DNA of 63,994 bases, filler included, from Octopus bimaculoides (taxonomy: Eukaryota): NCBI RefSeq assembly GCF_001194135.2. It is 4 parts of 3 records of this genome, joined end to end, with 100 filler letters (N's around TTAATTAATTAA, not from the genome) between each part and the next. Parts side by side here need not be neighbours in the genome. Positions count along the whole stretch, not along the records: positions 1 to 29,500 come from NC_068989.1; 3 more parts are not named here. One strand, 5' to 3'. Position 1 is the stretch's first letter. Each line of letters starts with the position of its first letter. The position numbers and the translations under genes were made by a program. Positions 11,279-24,529 of this stretch are shown here, piece by piece. A model generated the notes under the pieces. That model saw only the letters and a list, made by a program, of their open reading frames with translations. It had not been told where the DNA came from and did no database searches.

Positions 11279-13940
11279 GTAAGTCATACATTCTTGCTCT
11301 CTCTCACTCTCTTTTTTTTTTCTTTTTGTTTTGTCACTCAACTTCTCACCAACACTCCTTATCTCTCTGCTCTCATCTACTTTTATTTCACTTTCATCTT
11401 CCTTTCTTCTCTGTCTTTTCTTACCTTCATCACATTCTCTCTCTCTCTCATGTTCTATCACATTCTCTCTCTCATGTTCTATCACATTCTCTCTACATAT
11501 CTTTATAACTATATTTACCGTTATTTCTTTTTTTTAACTCGAATATTCATTATTTTCTAAGTCGCAGTTGTAATATCAACAACAATAGTTGTATAATTTC
11601 TTTCCACAATGATAAAATATTAGGCAATTCTGATGATATACACACATACACCCAAAATATCACGCATTGTCAAATATATTATGAATTATTCAGATTCTCG
11701 GTAAATGTTGAATATTTATATAAGAATTTTGTTAATGGAAAGTAGTTTAAGATACTCTAGGTAATTCGGGATACAAGCAGCTATCAGCGTTTATTCCCCC
11801 TCCCCCACCTTCATCGTATAAAGTTTGCGTATATAACCTAAATTTTCTGATGTTAGTGATGTATAACGACATAACATTATCATGTATGTGATAACAGCCA
11901 ACTTTTTGAAGCTCTAAAAACCAAAAGAAGCATTTTATTTATGTGGTCGATTTGTATGTGGCGATAAATTCTCTGGATATAGCTTTACCTATTTTTAAAC
12001 GACAAATAATATACTAAGCCCTTATAAACACATTTCCATACACGTATACACTCGGAGACAGTTATCGTTCTCACAAGAAATATTATCACAAAAGAAGTTT
12101 TTTCAATCTGCCATTGTAACTCTTTTTTTTTTTTTATTCCAACATAGATGCAATCAATAAGGTTTATTTCTAAAAAGGCGAATATAAGATTTGGAAATAT
12201 TCGTATCTCATTGTCTTTGTAAATGTCAGGCAAACCTCTTGTAGCATGCAGAGTCTGATAAACTAACCCACACGGTTGATAGGTACCAGTGAAAGTAGAA
12301 TATTGCCTGTTGCCGTCTGGAGAACTCGCACAAGCAGCAGCCTATGGAGGCCTGCTGAAGTAGAACACTTAAATTCATGTAATTTGAAATAAAAGCATTG
12401 TGCATTAACAAGATGCAAAGTGAAGTTGAATTAGGAACTGTACTTTATCACTAACCAATTGTTGATCATAACTTTAAATTGTTTAACAACAAAATTAAAT
12501 TGCTTTCTTAATTTTTTTTTGACAAATACCGTTTCAACCTACTTTATATTATATTAATGACAAGATTATCTTTTTTGCCGTTGTCTATGCTACTGTACTT
12601 TTGTCTGAAGTACATCATTTTCTTCAGTTTCTAAGATAGACAGTGAAAAAAGTGATTAGTCTGTGTTGACTTCAGGGAGCTAACCCACATAGCTACAGTC
12701 ATTCATTGATCAGAGTTCATATAAGCACAGTCTGTACATTTTGTGATGAAGTAGTGATGTAAAGTATAGTTTAGCAGATGTTGTAAAAATAGTATGTGTA
12801 ATTTTTGTTGGAGGGCATAATGACTGAAGGAGTCATTAGCAGTGCCAATTAGAGAGAATGTCAGCAATGGTATTTACATGGTATTTCTGAATTACAGAAA
12901 ACACAATTTTATATTATAATTGGTAATATACTTGTGTATGTGTATATCTAACTACTTAAGTCAGTGAAAACCTTGTGTATTCAGTGAATTTTGTGATACT
13001 TAATAAAACTCATGATTACTAGGGGGCCCAACTTGGCTCTTCATGTCAGCAGGCAATACAGTCTTGGACAACTAAGAGGCTGACAGTTTGTATCCTGTCA
13101 CCAACACTATTCATGGTTAAAACTCTTTCAAATGGATAAATCCTTATACTTGAAAATATTTACTGCACTGTATGAACAATTGCTGTTGGAAGCAAGCTAA
13201 AATTGACATGTGGTTTCATTAGCTTTAGTCTAAGAGGAAACTGGATCCCATTCATGTTTTAGTGAATGTTTTGTGATATATTTGTGACATACCAGTGACT
13301 CAAACATAAATCCATAAATAACCAGTTTGCAATGGTAAACAACCATACAATATCCCAGACAGGCTGACATTAACAGTGTTGCCTATATCATTACCGCTCA
13401 AGCCAATCAACTTGTGTGCCAGCCTGTTCATCAACTCAGACTGGTGTCAAGAGATGTACCTATTTCATCACCTTTCAGATTAATCAGCAGTTTTAAAGCA
13501 GATGCTATATTAATAAGTGACACTGTTAAGAAATATTTATTCCAGCTGGAATTATAAGGGATTGTTGTGCAGTGCAACTCATCTCAGAATGGTAGAGCTA
13601 ATAGGCTATCAGGTTGCAGTATACTGGTTAACATAGCTAAAATACTTGTAGTCACTGTGTTTATGGTTGTGGTAGTTACATAGATGTGATAGTAATGGAC
13701 AGCAGCCAATGATTTCATAAACCACTTATGAAATCATCAATTCAGATTTTATTGATAACTTGGATACCTCTATGGAGAAGAGTAACCAGTTCAACTCACA
13801 TGCATCCAACTTTGCAGATTTATGATAAAGCTTATATAAGAACTATTGTGAGCTCATCATAGTGCCTTTTATCAACAACTCAAATACCCAATCTTTTTAT
13901 GGCCATATGTTTCTAAATAGTATATGTGCATGCATATGTA

Positions 13941-15196
13941 CAGGGTGCGTAAGGTATTTGAGGACAGTTATATACTTACACAGAAATGACTCATAAAAAA
14001 CAGACGATAATGCCTTTTTTACTGAAAAGGTTTTGAGGATAAGAATAAACATACTGTTTTGTCATTTTTATTCAATAAAGTCTCCTTCAGCTTCAATAAC
14101 GGCTTCTATGCAAGATCTGAATCGCCTACATGCTAGGATCAAGTGGTCTGTGTTCATATTGGACATTACTCTGACTATGGAGGCTTTTTTAGAGATTGTT
14201 TGGTGTTATGAGGGTGCTCATTGACCTCTTTCTCAACTACACTCCATATATAGTAGTCCAATGGATTGAGAGCTGGGAGGCCAAATGTTGGGGGTTATGT
14301 AGTCATGAAAATTTTCCGCCATCCATTCCTGCATTGCTGTAGCCTTGTGTGATGGCGCCAAATCTTGTTGAAACACATAAGGTCTTCCGTTGTGTACATT
14401 ATCGATCTATGGCTTAACCACTGTGTTCAGAACATCTATGTAGGTAACAGAGTTTACTCGAAGATCTTGTGGAAAGAAGTGAGGCGGCATCACATGTCCT
14501 TCATTGCTGACAACTCCCAAAACCCTGACAGTTGCAGGAAATTTTGTTTGCATTACTCTTGGAACTTCTGAAGGGTCTGTACATAGCCATCTGTCATTTC
14601 TTCTGTTTACTTTCTGATCTTGATCAAAGTTTTTCTCGTCTGAGAAGAACCAAATGACATCTTTCTCTGCTGGGTTTTTAAGTTTGTTCAGGGGTCTTTT
14701 AGAGCTGATTAAGTGATTTTACTGTTTCTGACATGAAATGACCTTTTCTTATCGCATAAGATTTGTATCTGATGTCTTTGTGGATAACATTTTGGATTGT
14801 TCCTTCTGACACATGGTGTTCTTTTGCAATCAACCTCATGGATCTTCTGGGATTGTCATCAATGGTCTGCTTTATTTGTTGAGTAAATTCTGGTGTTCTA
14901 ATAGTATCAGTATGTCTACAATGTTTCTTACATTTTGATACTGGTAATACATTTCCGTCTTTAGCCTCTAACTCCTTGTGAATTTTGTAGACGAAGGATC
15001 TAGCAACTTTTATAAATTGTACTACTTCTAAATTGCTATGTTCAGCCTTTATAGCCACAATGACTGTGTGCCTCTTCATTTCTTGTGTAATCATAGGGTC
15101 TGCCATTGATAATTCTGAAATATAGAAAATATTAAGTTGATAAATATGTTGCTATAGTAAAATTAATATATGTCCTCAAAAACCTTACGCACCCTG
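13941..15196 (-). mobile_element. Full-length maT/DD37D-type Tc1/mariner transposon (inactivated)
   Basis: 26-bp TIRs (cagggtgcgtaaggtatttgaggaca, one mismatch) and TA flanks on both sides. The minus-strand transposase reads MADPMITQEMKRH..., FQQDLAPSH, IWPPSS(del)NPLDY, with D2-D3 spacing consistent with 37 once a small deletion is restored. Frameshifted. Confidence 0.9.
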
Positions 15197-15239
15197 TATA
15201 TATGTAATATGTGTGTATATTTATGTATATGTGTATATG

Positions 15240-16081
15240 TGTAGAGGTAGTCGATAGCTTCCGCTATCTAGGTGACCAAGTTAGTAGTGGGGGTGGGTGC
15301 GCTGAAAGTGTAGCTGCTAGAATAAGAATAGCCTGGGCAAAGTTTAGGGAGCTCTTACCTCTGCTGGCAACAAAGGGACTCTCACTCAGAGTAAAAGGCA
15401 GACTGTATGACGCATGTGTACGAACAGCCATGCTACATGGCAGTGAAACATGGGCTGTAACTGCTGAGGACATGCGTAAGCTCGCAAGGAATGAAGCCAG
15501 TATGCTCCGTTGGATGTGTAATGTCAGTGTGCATACCCGTCAGAGTGTAAGTATCTTGAGAGAAAAGCTGAACATAAGAAGCATCAGTTGTGGTGTGCAN
15601 NNNNNNNNNNNNNNNNNNNNNNNNNNNNNNNNNNNNNNNNNNNNNNNNNNNNNNNNNNNNNNNNNNNNNNNNNNNNNNNNNNNNNNNNNNNNNNNNNNNN
15701 NNNNNNNNNNNNNNNNNNNNNNNNNNNNNNNNNNNNNNNNNNNNNNNNNNNNNNNNNNNNNNNNNNNNNNNNNNNNNNNNNNNNNNNNNNNNNNNNNNNN
15801 NNNNNNNGGACTGGCTCTTGTGCGGGTGGCACATAAAATACACCATTTTGAGCGTGGCCGTTGCCAGTACTGCCTGACTGGCCTTCGTGCGGGTGACAGG
15901 TAAAAGCACCCACTACACTCTCTGAGTGGTTGGCGTTAGGAAGGGCATCCAGCTGTAGAAACTCTGCCAAATTAGATTGGAGCCTGGTGTTGCCATCCGG
16001 TTTCACCAGTCCTCAGTCAAATCGTCCAACCCATGCTAGCATGGAAAGCGGACGTTAAACGACGATGATGATGATGATGAT
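15240..16081 (+). mobile_element. 5'-truncated RTE LINE with (GAT)n tail
   Basis: VEVVDSFRYLGDQVSSGGGCAESVAARIRIAWAKFRELLPLL (ORF 15211-15903), a family 3' UTR and an aaacgacgatgatgatg tail. Confidence 0.92.
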
Positions 16082-16269
16082 ATAAATTTAATGCACAATA
16101 TATGAATTTATATAATCTGGTGGTAATCACAATTGCTCTTTAGTGGACCAGGCTACAAACCACATAGTAGGAGTATATACAATCAGTGAAGATTATATCA
16201 TGAGGAGTATATAGAATATAAAGAAAGTCAGGAGGTATGAGATGAATATATTTATTTCACCAGCTGATA

Positions 16270-17370
16270 TCCATAGAATGTTGATCATTTTGTAGCCAGC
16301 ATCAGGTGCTCTGGAAAATTTTGTCAAAAGTTTGTCTTCCTGATAAAATGATAAGGGTAATAGTATCTTTGCATGAAGGGATGATGGCAACAGTGATATC
16401 TAACAGTCAATGTTCAGAAGCATTTTCTGTTGCCACTGGAACCAAATTGGGCTGTGTTTTAGCTCAAGTACTTTTTTTCCATATTCTTTTTGCTGATGCT
16501 CCAACACACTTTTAGGAATTACCATGAAGGTGTAAAATTTCATTTTTGCACAGAAAGAGGTCTACTAAACAAAATGGGCAAAGCTTCAGATCAAAGAAAA
16601 GGACCAAGAAAGAGATTCTGTGTGATTTTCTATTTGCTTATGATTGCGTTTTGATTTCTCATACATTTGAGGGGATTCAAAAACAGTCAATAGTCAATGG
16701 GTTCAGAAACCGTTAACAGGTTTACTACAGCATTTGGACTGACTATCAGCATCAAGAAAACAGAAGTTTTATTTCAACCAAAGTCTGAGGCAGAGCATTC
16801 TCAAAATTCAAATGTGATGACCCACTTAAATGGGTCAGGTCGTTTAAATATTTTGGATGTACGGTACTCTTGATGTTGAAATCAATGTTAGAATAACAAA
16901 GGTTACAAGTCCTTTTGGAAAATTTTCCCATTGTATGTGGGATGAACACAGTGTAAGTCTAAAAACTAAAATAAATGCATACAAATATTGTATTTTGAGC
17001 ATACTTTTGTGTGGGGCAGAAGCATGGACTCCCTACTACAAACATATAAAGAAGTATGAAATCTTTCAGATGTGCTGTCTGCACAATATCTGCAACATAA
17101 ATGGCATGATAAGACATCAAATGCCAAACTCTTTGAAAAATGTGATATCTCCAGTATCAAAAGCATGCTGCTGAGAATTCAGTGCAGATGGGTGGGACAT
17201 GTTCGAATGAAAGATGATCACATACCGAAAATTCTTTTGTATGGCCAACAAGTAGAAGGATACTGTGGTAAAGGAAGACCTGTCATTAGGTATAAGGATA
17301 AGTTGAAGTAATCACTAAAATCTTTAGAGCTTAATTTAGCATCTTGGGAAAGTTATTGCCTCTGCAGGAC
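16270..17370 (+). mobile_element. Decayed RTE/BovB-like LINE RT fragment
   Basis: LWKILSK..SLHEGMMATV..GTKLGCVLA, FGLTISIKKTEVLFQP, ILLCGAEAWT and RWVGHVRMKDDHIPKILLYG motifs, with many lesions. Confidence 0.8.
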
Positions 17371-17384
17371 AATCTACTGAGGGC

Positions 17385-20192
17385 TACAGACAACATTGGT
17401 GCTGAGTCTCAGCTAGACCAAGAGTGACATGGTGGTGGAACAAGGAGGTAGACAGTGCTATAAAAGCAAAGAGACAGGCTTGGAAAGACTGGCAAAATGG
17501 TGGAAGCAGAGAATTATATCAGGTGGCCAAAAGGGCAGCTAGGTGACAGGTTTACATAATAAAAGGAATAGCAGAAGGTAAGAGATTTGCAAATGTTCTG
17601 CTGCGTGAGGATCAGTGGCATGAGGTGTTCAGGATTGGAAAGCAGTGTATCAGAGAATAAAGATATGGTGGGTGAGAAATGTGTACGAATGGATAATGGT
17701 ATGCTTGTACTTAGCGACTCAGAGAAGGAAAGGTTACTAAATGTGGAAAATGAATGGGAGAAGGAGTGTTTACCAAATATTGAACCAATTGAGGGACCAG
17801 CCATCAGAGTTGACAGCAGCATAATAGATAAGGCAATTAAGGACATGAAGAAGAGGAAAGCCCCTGGGCCATCAGGAATCACTGCTGAGATGATTAAAAT
17901 TTCTGGTGGTGTAGGATATAGCTTAGTCACCTGTATAGTTAATCAGATTATTCAGGAAGGTGCCATCCCCAAAGACTGGTGTAGTAGTATTGTAGTTAGC
18001 TGCTACAAGGTTAAAGGTGATGCCTTTGATAGGAACAACTACAGAGGTATGAAACTGTTAGACTAAGTCATGAAAGTTACTGAGAGGATTATAGCTCCAT
18101 TGATTAGAAATAGAATTAAACTAGATGAAATGCAGTTTGGGTTTGTACGTGGGAAGAGTACCATAGATACCATCTTCCTAGTAAGACAGCTGCAGAAAAA
18201 GTACTTGGCCAAAAGTAAGCCATTGTACTTAGCCTTCATCAACCTAGAGAAAGCTTTTGACAGAGTTCCCCACTCTGTTATATGGTGGTCTCTAAGGAAG
18301 TTAGGAGTAGAGGAGTGGTTTGTTAGAGCTGTACAAGCCTTACTGATAGTGGTGCTGTCAGTAAGGTAAGAGTTGGCCTCAATATAGTGATGAATTTAGT
18401 GTACAAGTAGGGGTTCACCAAGGTTCAGTTCTCAGTCCACTCTTATTCATTATAGTCTTCCAAGCCATAACAGAGGAATTCAAAATTGGATGCCTGTGAG
18501 AACTGCTATATGCTGATGACATTGCTCTTATTGCAGAATCTTTAACAGAATCGGAGAAGAAATTCCAAGTATGGAAACAAAACCTGGAATCAAAGGGTCT
18601 TAAAGTTAACTTAGCAAAGATCAAAGCTGTTGTTAGTAAGAAAGAAGATAAAACTCTCTTTCCGTCAGGTAAATAGCCCTGCTCAATATGTAGGAAAGGA
18701 GTGGAAGAAATTCTGTTCACTGCATCCATAAGTGGTGCAGTTGAATCACAAGTAGATTAACAGATGAAGTCGCCTTTGTATGCAGCAGATGTGCAGGAAC
18801 AATAAGCACTAAGAGCACACAGGACTTAGAATCTCTCAAATGCCCAGGAGGCTTCCTTGAGGTTGTAGATAGTTTCTTGTTACCTAGGTGACCAAATTAG
18901 CAATGGTGGAAGATACTCTGAAAGTATTGTTTCTAGAATAAGAATAGGGTGGAGGAAGTTCAGAGAACTACTACCTCTGTTGGCTACAAAAGGACTCTCT
19001 CTCAGAGCGAAAGGTAGATTGTATGATGCTTGTGTGTGAACAGCTATACTCCGTGGTAGTGAGACATGGGCTCTGACTACAGAAGACGTGAAGACTGGAG
19101 AGAAATGAAGGCAGTATGCTCCGTTGGATGTGCAGCATCAGTGTGCATGTATAACATAGTGCAAATGTATTGAGAGAAAAGTTGGGCATAAGAAGAATCA
19201 AATGTAGCATACAAGAGAGAAAACTATGTTGGTTTGGACAAGTGATGCGTATTAATGAGGACAGCTACATAAAGAAGTGCCGATCACTGAAAGTGGATGG
19301 TACCTGCAGAAGAAGGAGACCCAAGAAGACATGGGATGAAGTGGTGAGGACTGACCTCAGGATGTTGTGCCTCACAGCGGAAATGGCAATGGACAGAGAT
19401 GTCTGGCAATATGAAGTTCTTGAGAAGATCTGGTCACTTCAGCAAAACTGAGTTCTAGAAGTGCTGTATTCCACCCACATGTAACAAGAAAACTTTTCAC
19501 ACACCCTACCCCAACAAACCAAGCTACATATCTTCTCTTCCTCACATTTCCTCTTTTATGCACTATGCTTACTCCCTCCCCCAACCTGTTCTCTTGGCCC
19601 TGTTTCACAGTATCATTGCTATCTGCCAACCCCTGGCCTGTGTGTTCCATCCATATGTAATGAAAACTTTTCACATACCCTTACCCCAACAAACCACCCG
19701 CATGTAACAAAAAAACTTTTCATACACCTGACCCCAACAAACCAAACTACATCTCTACTACCTCACATTTCCTCCATCATGCACTAAGCTTACCTCTCAC
19801 TCCTCAATCCTGTCCTCACTGGTCTGTTTCTCTGTATCATTGATGTTTAGTAGCACCCCCACTCTATATACCCAGTTTTTCACCACTCACTGCATTCCCC
19901 TCCCCACTGTTTAATCACGTTTTTTTTGGCAATGTCCTGCCACTTATATTATGACCTTCGAACCTGAAGATCATGCCCTGGCACTTGCTACTATCTATAT
20001 CTTTCTCTTCCTTTACTCAACCATCCCATTTATATTCAGATCTCTGTGCCTTGTGAGTATGCTCAGCACTTTCTCACCATCTCTATCCTGCTGTCTCCCA
20101 CTCTCTCTCTCTCCTTCTCTTGCTCTTCCCTCTGGCTGGGTAACTATGCATCTCCTTTACGGCAGCACACCTCTTTCTGTCCTCATTCCTGA

Positions 20193-20228
<36 letters not shown>

Positions 20229-20525
20229 CCCCCTCTTTCTCTCTCTGGTCAGGTAACCTTGTACCTCCTCTACAGCAAGATACCTATTTCTGTTTCTCTG
20301 TCTCACTATAACCTTTCATCATCTGACACAAGATCACCTCCTCCAATGCTCCTTCCCCTCTCAAAAGATTTTTGTCTTGCTAGTTACTTAGTGACCCTAT
20401 CAGTGCTGGTGCCACATAAAAAGCATCCAGTCCACACTGTAAAGAAATCTTGGTGCAGGCTTCTGCCTGACTGGCTTCTGTCTAACTATCCCGCCCTTTT
20501 GGGAAGCAGATATTAAACAATGATG
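17385..20525 (+). mobile_element. Older RTE-subfamily LINE: RT region plus long pyrimidine-rich 3' UTR with internal repeats
   Basis: KAPGPSGITAEMIK, NYRGMKLL, MQFGFVRGKST, FINLEKAFDRVP, VHQGSVLSPLLF and LYADDI motifs across ORFs 17587-19451, broken by stops. A repeated ~120-bp unit lies at 19470-19830. Confidence 0.85.
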
Positions 20526-20531
20526 ATTTTG

Positions 20532-20563
<32 letters not shown>

Positions 20564-20633
20564 CACACACACACATACACACACACACATATATTTGTAT
20601 AATTGTATGTGCACACATATATGTATGTATATT

Positions 20634-20694
<61 letters not shown>

Positions 20695-20717
20695 TTGTGT
20701 GTGTGTATATATGTATG

Positions 20718-20759
<42 letters not shown>

Positions 20760-20984
20760 CACACACACACACATATATATGTGTATTTATGAATGTATGT
20801 GTAGAAGGTTAAAAAGAAAGTACTCTTGCATTTCAGAATGAGAAAGAACCAAATGCTATTTTGGTCTGAATTCTTATATTTAATTAAAATAATATTTGCC
20901 AACAATTTTGATAACATAATCACATCTATGTGGCAAATTGTTGATCCTTTGGTTTAAACTCTTCATTTTCAAAGGAAGTCATCA

Positions 20985-21670
20985 TCATCATCATTTAATA
21001 TCCGCCTTCCATGCTGGCATGGATGGGACGGTTTGACAGGAGCTGGCCAGGCAGAAGACTGTGCCAAACATCTGTGTCTATTTTGACATTGTTTTTATGG
21101 CTAACACCAACCACACCGCAGAGTGGACTGAGTGCATTTTTTGTGGCACCAGTACAGGTGAGGTCAGTTTTGGCATGACTTTTATAGTTGGATGCCCTTC
21201 CAAATGTCAGCCACTTTACAGTGTGGACTGGATGCTGTTTATGTAACACCAGCACTGGCAGGGTCACCAAGTAACTTACAAGACAAGGAACCTTTGATAG
21301 GGGAGGGGGCATTGGAGGAGGTGATCTTGTGTCAGATGATAAAAGGTAGTAGTGAGACAGAGATACAGAAACAGGTATCTTGCTGTAGAGGAGGTACAAG
21401 GTTACCTGGCAAGAGAGGGAGAGAGAGTTAGCAAGGATGAGGACAGAAACAGATGTGCTGCTGCAAAGGTGATAGATGGTTACCTAGCCAGAGGGAAGAG
21501 CAAGAGGAAGGAGAGAGAGAGAGAGAGATCAAGAATGAGGGCAGAAACAGGTATTCTGCTGTAAAGGAGATACGTGGTTACCTACCCAAAGGGAAGAGCA
21601 AGGGAAAGAGAGAGAGTGGAAGACAGCAAGAGAGAGCAGGAGAGAGATGTTGATAAAGTGCCAGGGTATA
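20985..21670 (-). mobile_element. RTE-related 3' UTR/tail copy, inverted relative to ~19920-20525
   Basis: Shares gtaaccttgtacctcctctacagcaagatacc...catccagtccacactgtaaag with 20236-20445 on the opposite strand. A (CAT)n tail sits at ~20980-20995. Confidence 0.75.
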
Positions 21671-21729
21671 CTCACAACTAACACTCAGTATCACTTTTAA
21701 CTTTCTCACAATTAATAAGATATCACCCT

Positions 21730-22120
21730 CTAAACAATGTTGCAATAGTACAATGGAGCAAAGTCAGGAGAGTATGGATGATGAGACAAAACCTCCATGT
21801 TTAATGTCATAGTCTTTATTGTGTGAGAGCAACACCTCTTTATGATTGACCACTGATGGTTGCTTTTATTGCAAATTTCTGTGTGATGGTTCCAATTGAT
21901 AACAGTAATCTCCAAATAAACTGTTTTATTTGAGTTTAACACTTCATGATAAATAACACACTTCATATCCAAACACAATGCATAACTATTTACATGTATA
22001 GTCCTGGTTCAGGGATGCACTGCTCTTTTTAATTGGGTGCTCACCATTGTTTTCATTGGATATGATTATAGAGAAAACACTTTTCATTACTTGTGATTAT
22101 TCTACCCAGGAAAGGTTTCA
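21730..22120 (-). mobile_element. Mariner transposase fragment
   Basis: LHPKK-like/VMLCVW-DMKCVIYHEVL and EVLSHHPYSPDFAPLYY motifs (ORF 21730-21978). Confidence 0.75.
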
Positions 22121-23630
22121 TAACAGGACTGCTCTTCATTGATGAGCATAGGGCAACTCTGGTTAAGCCGAGAAGCAGTCAGATGACAAGTGACCAGTAA
22201 CCAGGTTTAGTCAATTTTCCTTGTTCATAAATGTATTTTAAGATCAAGGTGTGACTTATATTGACCACTTTTATTAATTCTTATGCAGTTTGCTTTGGAT
22301 TTTCTTCAGCCACGGTTTTTAAAAGCTGAATATTGAGAAAACTTAATCATCCAGATCAAGGGAAATTTATGAGGGAAAAATTTCTCAAGTGAAGCTGATT
22401 GAACCAATGTTGGCATGTCCACGCTATTAAAGTTTCATTTCCATAAACAGAACAAATATTTTTTGCTGCTTCCATTCTCAAAGATCCCCTTTTGAATTCA
22501 TAAAGCATGCAGCATTGGATCTGATTTAAACTCATTTTAAAAGGGTAAAATCAATATGAATAGCCCTTTGCTATAGTATAAAGTAATCTGCAAAGAAGAA
22601 AAAAAAAACATTAGAAAGTAGAAATTAATGCTTATTTCACCTAAGTATTAAAAAAGTACTCTTAAAGTGATCATGTCAAAAATACAACAAGACTTTATTT
22701 GTATGTATGTATGTATGTGTGTATACACAAATATATGTATGCTTATATGTATGTATACATGTATGTATGTATATCTATTTACACACGCACACACACACAC
22801 GCATATATATTTCTATCAATACAACATATTTAATGTATGTGTATAATGGAAATGCTAGAAGTGGTGGTTTTCATCTGGGAACAAATCCCTGGGTGGATTT
22901 AATATATTAAGAAACAATGTATTCCAGGGTTAAAACACTGAAATACATGTTTGTCATCCTTGTGATTTCTGGGGTGATTTTGCTTTATCTAGCTCTAAAG
23001 TATTTTGTGTATTTTAACACAGTCTATAAAGGGATTTTCCCCTGATTAAAGCCACAACTTCTAGCATTCTAACTACATATACACATACATATATATATAC
23101 ATGTTAAGTATGTTGTGTTGATAGAGATTTTACTACAAGGCTGTTTCCATTGTATAGTTGAAATTTATTCTGCTTATGTGGTGTCTTTTTAAACCAGTGT
23201 ATAGTTTATACACTATCTGTATATACTTCAGACCAGTTAATTTGATATTCTTTTTGAAGTGACACAAATACCTGACATTGATTAGCTGTAATAATAGTGA
23301 AATGCATATCTGTCACTCTCTTGGCAAATTCAAAAATATAATATTTATATGTCTAATTCATTCAAACAGTTTTTCCTGTAGAAAGCATAGCTCTGCTCTT
23401 TTGTATATTTTGTCACTATTAATGGTTTCTACTTATATGTGTATTTGTAATTTTAACCTCCTTAATCAGTAATTTGAATTCTTTCCCCCTCCCCAAAATA
23501 AATCCCCCAACCTTTCCAAAAAAAGAGTTGAAGTGAGGAAAGAGGGCATACATGAGAAATTTTGCCACAAATTCCTCAAACAAGGTATTGTTTTTACAAA
23601 AATAATGTGTTTTCCATTTATTATTTTCAG

Positions 23631-23721
23631 ACATATGCTCCAACAGGTTTCAATACCTATAATGCTACATATGATGTATCTGATACATATAAAATCGAAA
23701 TGTCCGTCTGGGATACTTCAG
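23631..23721 (+). CDS. RND: Rnd-like GTPase coding exon 2 (TYAPTGFNTYNATYDVSDTYKIEMSVWDTS-G)
   Basis: Acceptor ttattttcag| and donor G|GTGTGT. 91 nt, phase 0 to phase 1. It continues the exon 1 frame and contains switch I (PT.F..Y) and WDTSG. Confidence 0.92.
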
Positions 23722-23859
23722 GTGTGTAATTTTTTTTTATTCAGTTATTTTTTTTATTTACTTGTGTAAGAGTTCATAATTCCTATATTCCTATTAAAAT
23801 TAAATGTGTAATGATGATGTCTAAAATAACAAATAAACATCCTCTTTCATTTATATATA

Positions 23860-24050
23860 TATTGCTTGACAACCAGTGCTGGTGTGCTTATATCCCATAA
23901 CTTAGAGGTTTGACAAAAGAGACTGATAGAATAAGTACTAGGCTTTAAAAAACTAAATCCTGGGGTTGATTTTTTTTCACTAAAATACCCTTCAAGGTGG
24001 TTCCCCAGCATGGCTGCAGTCAAATGACTAAAACAAGCAAAAGATAAAAG
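23860..24050 (+). mobile_element. 3' fragment of SINE family A
   Basis: ttgacaaccagtgctggtgtg..gatagaataagtactaggc..ccagcatggctgcagtcaaatgactaaaacaag. Confidence 0.7.
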
Positions 24051-24487
24051 ATTCCATGAAAATTTCTCACAGTTGCTGTCCTAACATCATTACACATAAA
24101 GCACACCAGCATCCACTCTAAAATGCAACTCAGGAACATAAACACTTGCCCATTTGAACAATAAGGCTTTGCATTTCCTATTCTTCATATTGTGTGTGCT
24201 ATGAGTAGTGTGCCTCTTATGGATTCACTAAATTAAATAATTAGTAGGAACTCTATCAGTAACAGAAATAGTGGACAGTGTAGTGTTAGCAGAGCTAGAA
24301 GTTGAGGTAAGTTTAGAAGCCCAATTATTGTGCTTCTTCAAGCTGTTATTGGGATTGTGAGAAATCTCAGAAAACCCACTTGTCTGTGTGTGTGGAAGCT
24401 TCATTCTAGGTGGCTTGTGTACACACACATGCACACGTGTATGTATGTGTGTGCATGCGCATGTGTGTGTGTGTGTGTGTGTGCATG

Positions 24488-24529
<42 letters not shown>

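Noticed and set aside
11279-11560. Remainder of ORF 11072-11560 as a hydrophobic C-terminal extension of the GTPase
   Set aside because: This is read-through of intron 1 past a consensus GTAAGT donor into a CT/T-rich tract. The Rho fold resumes correctly only at exon 2.
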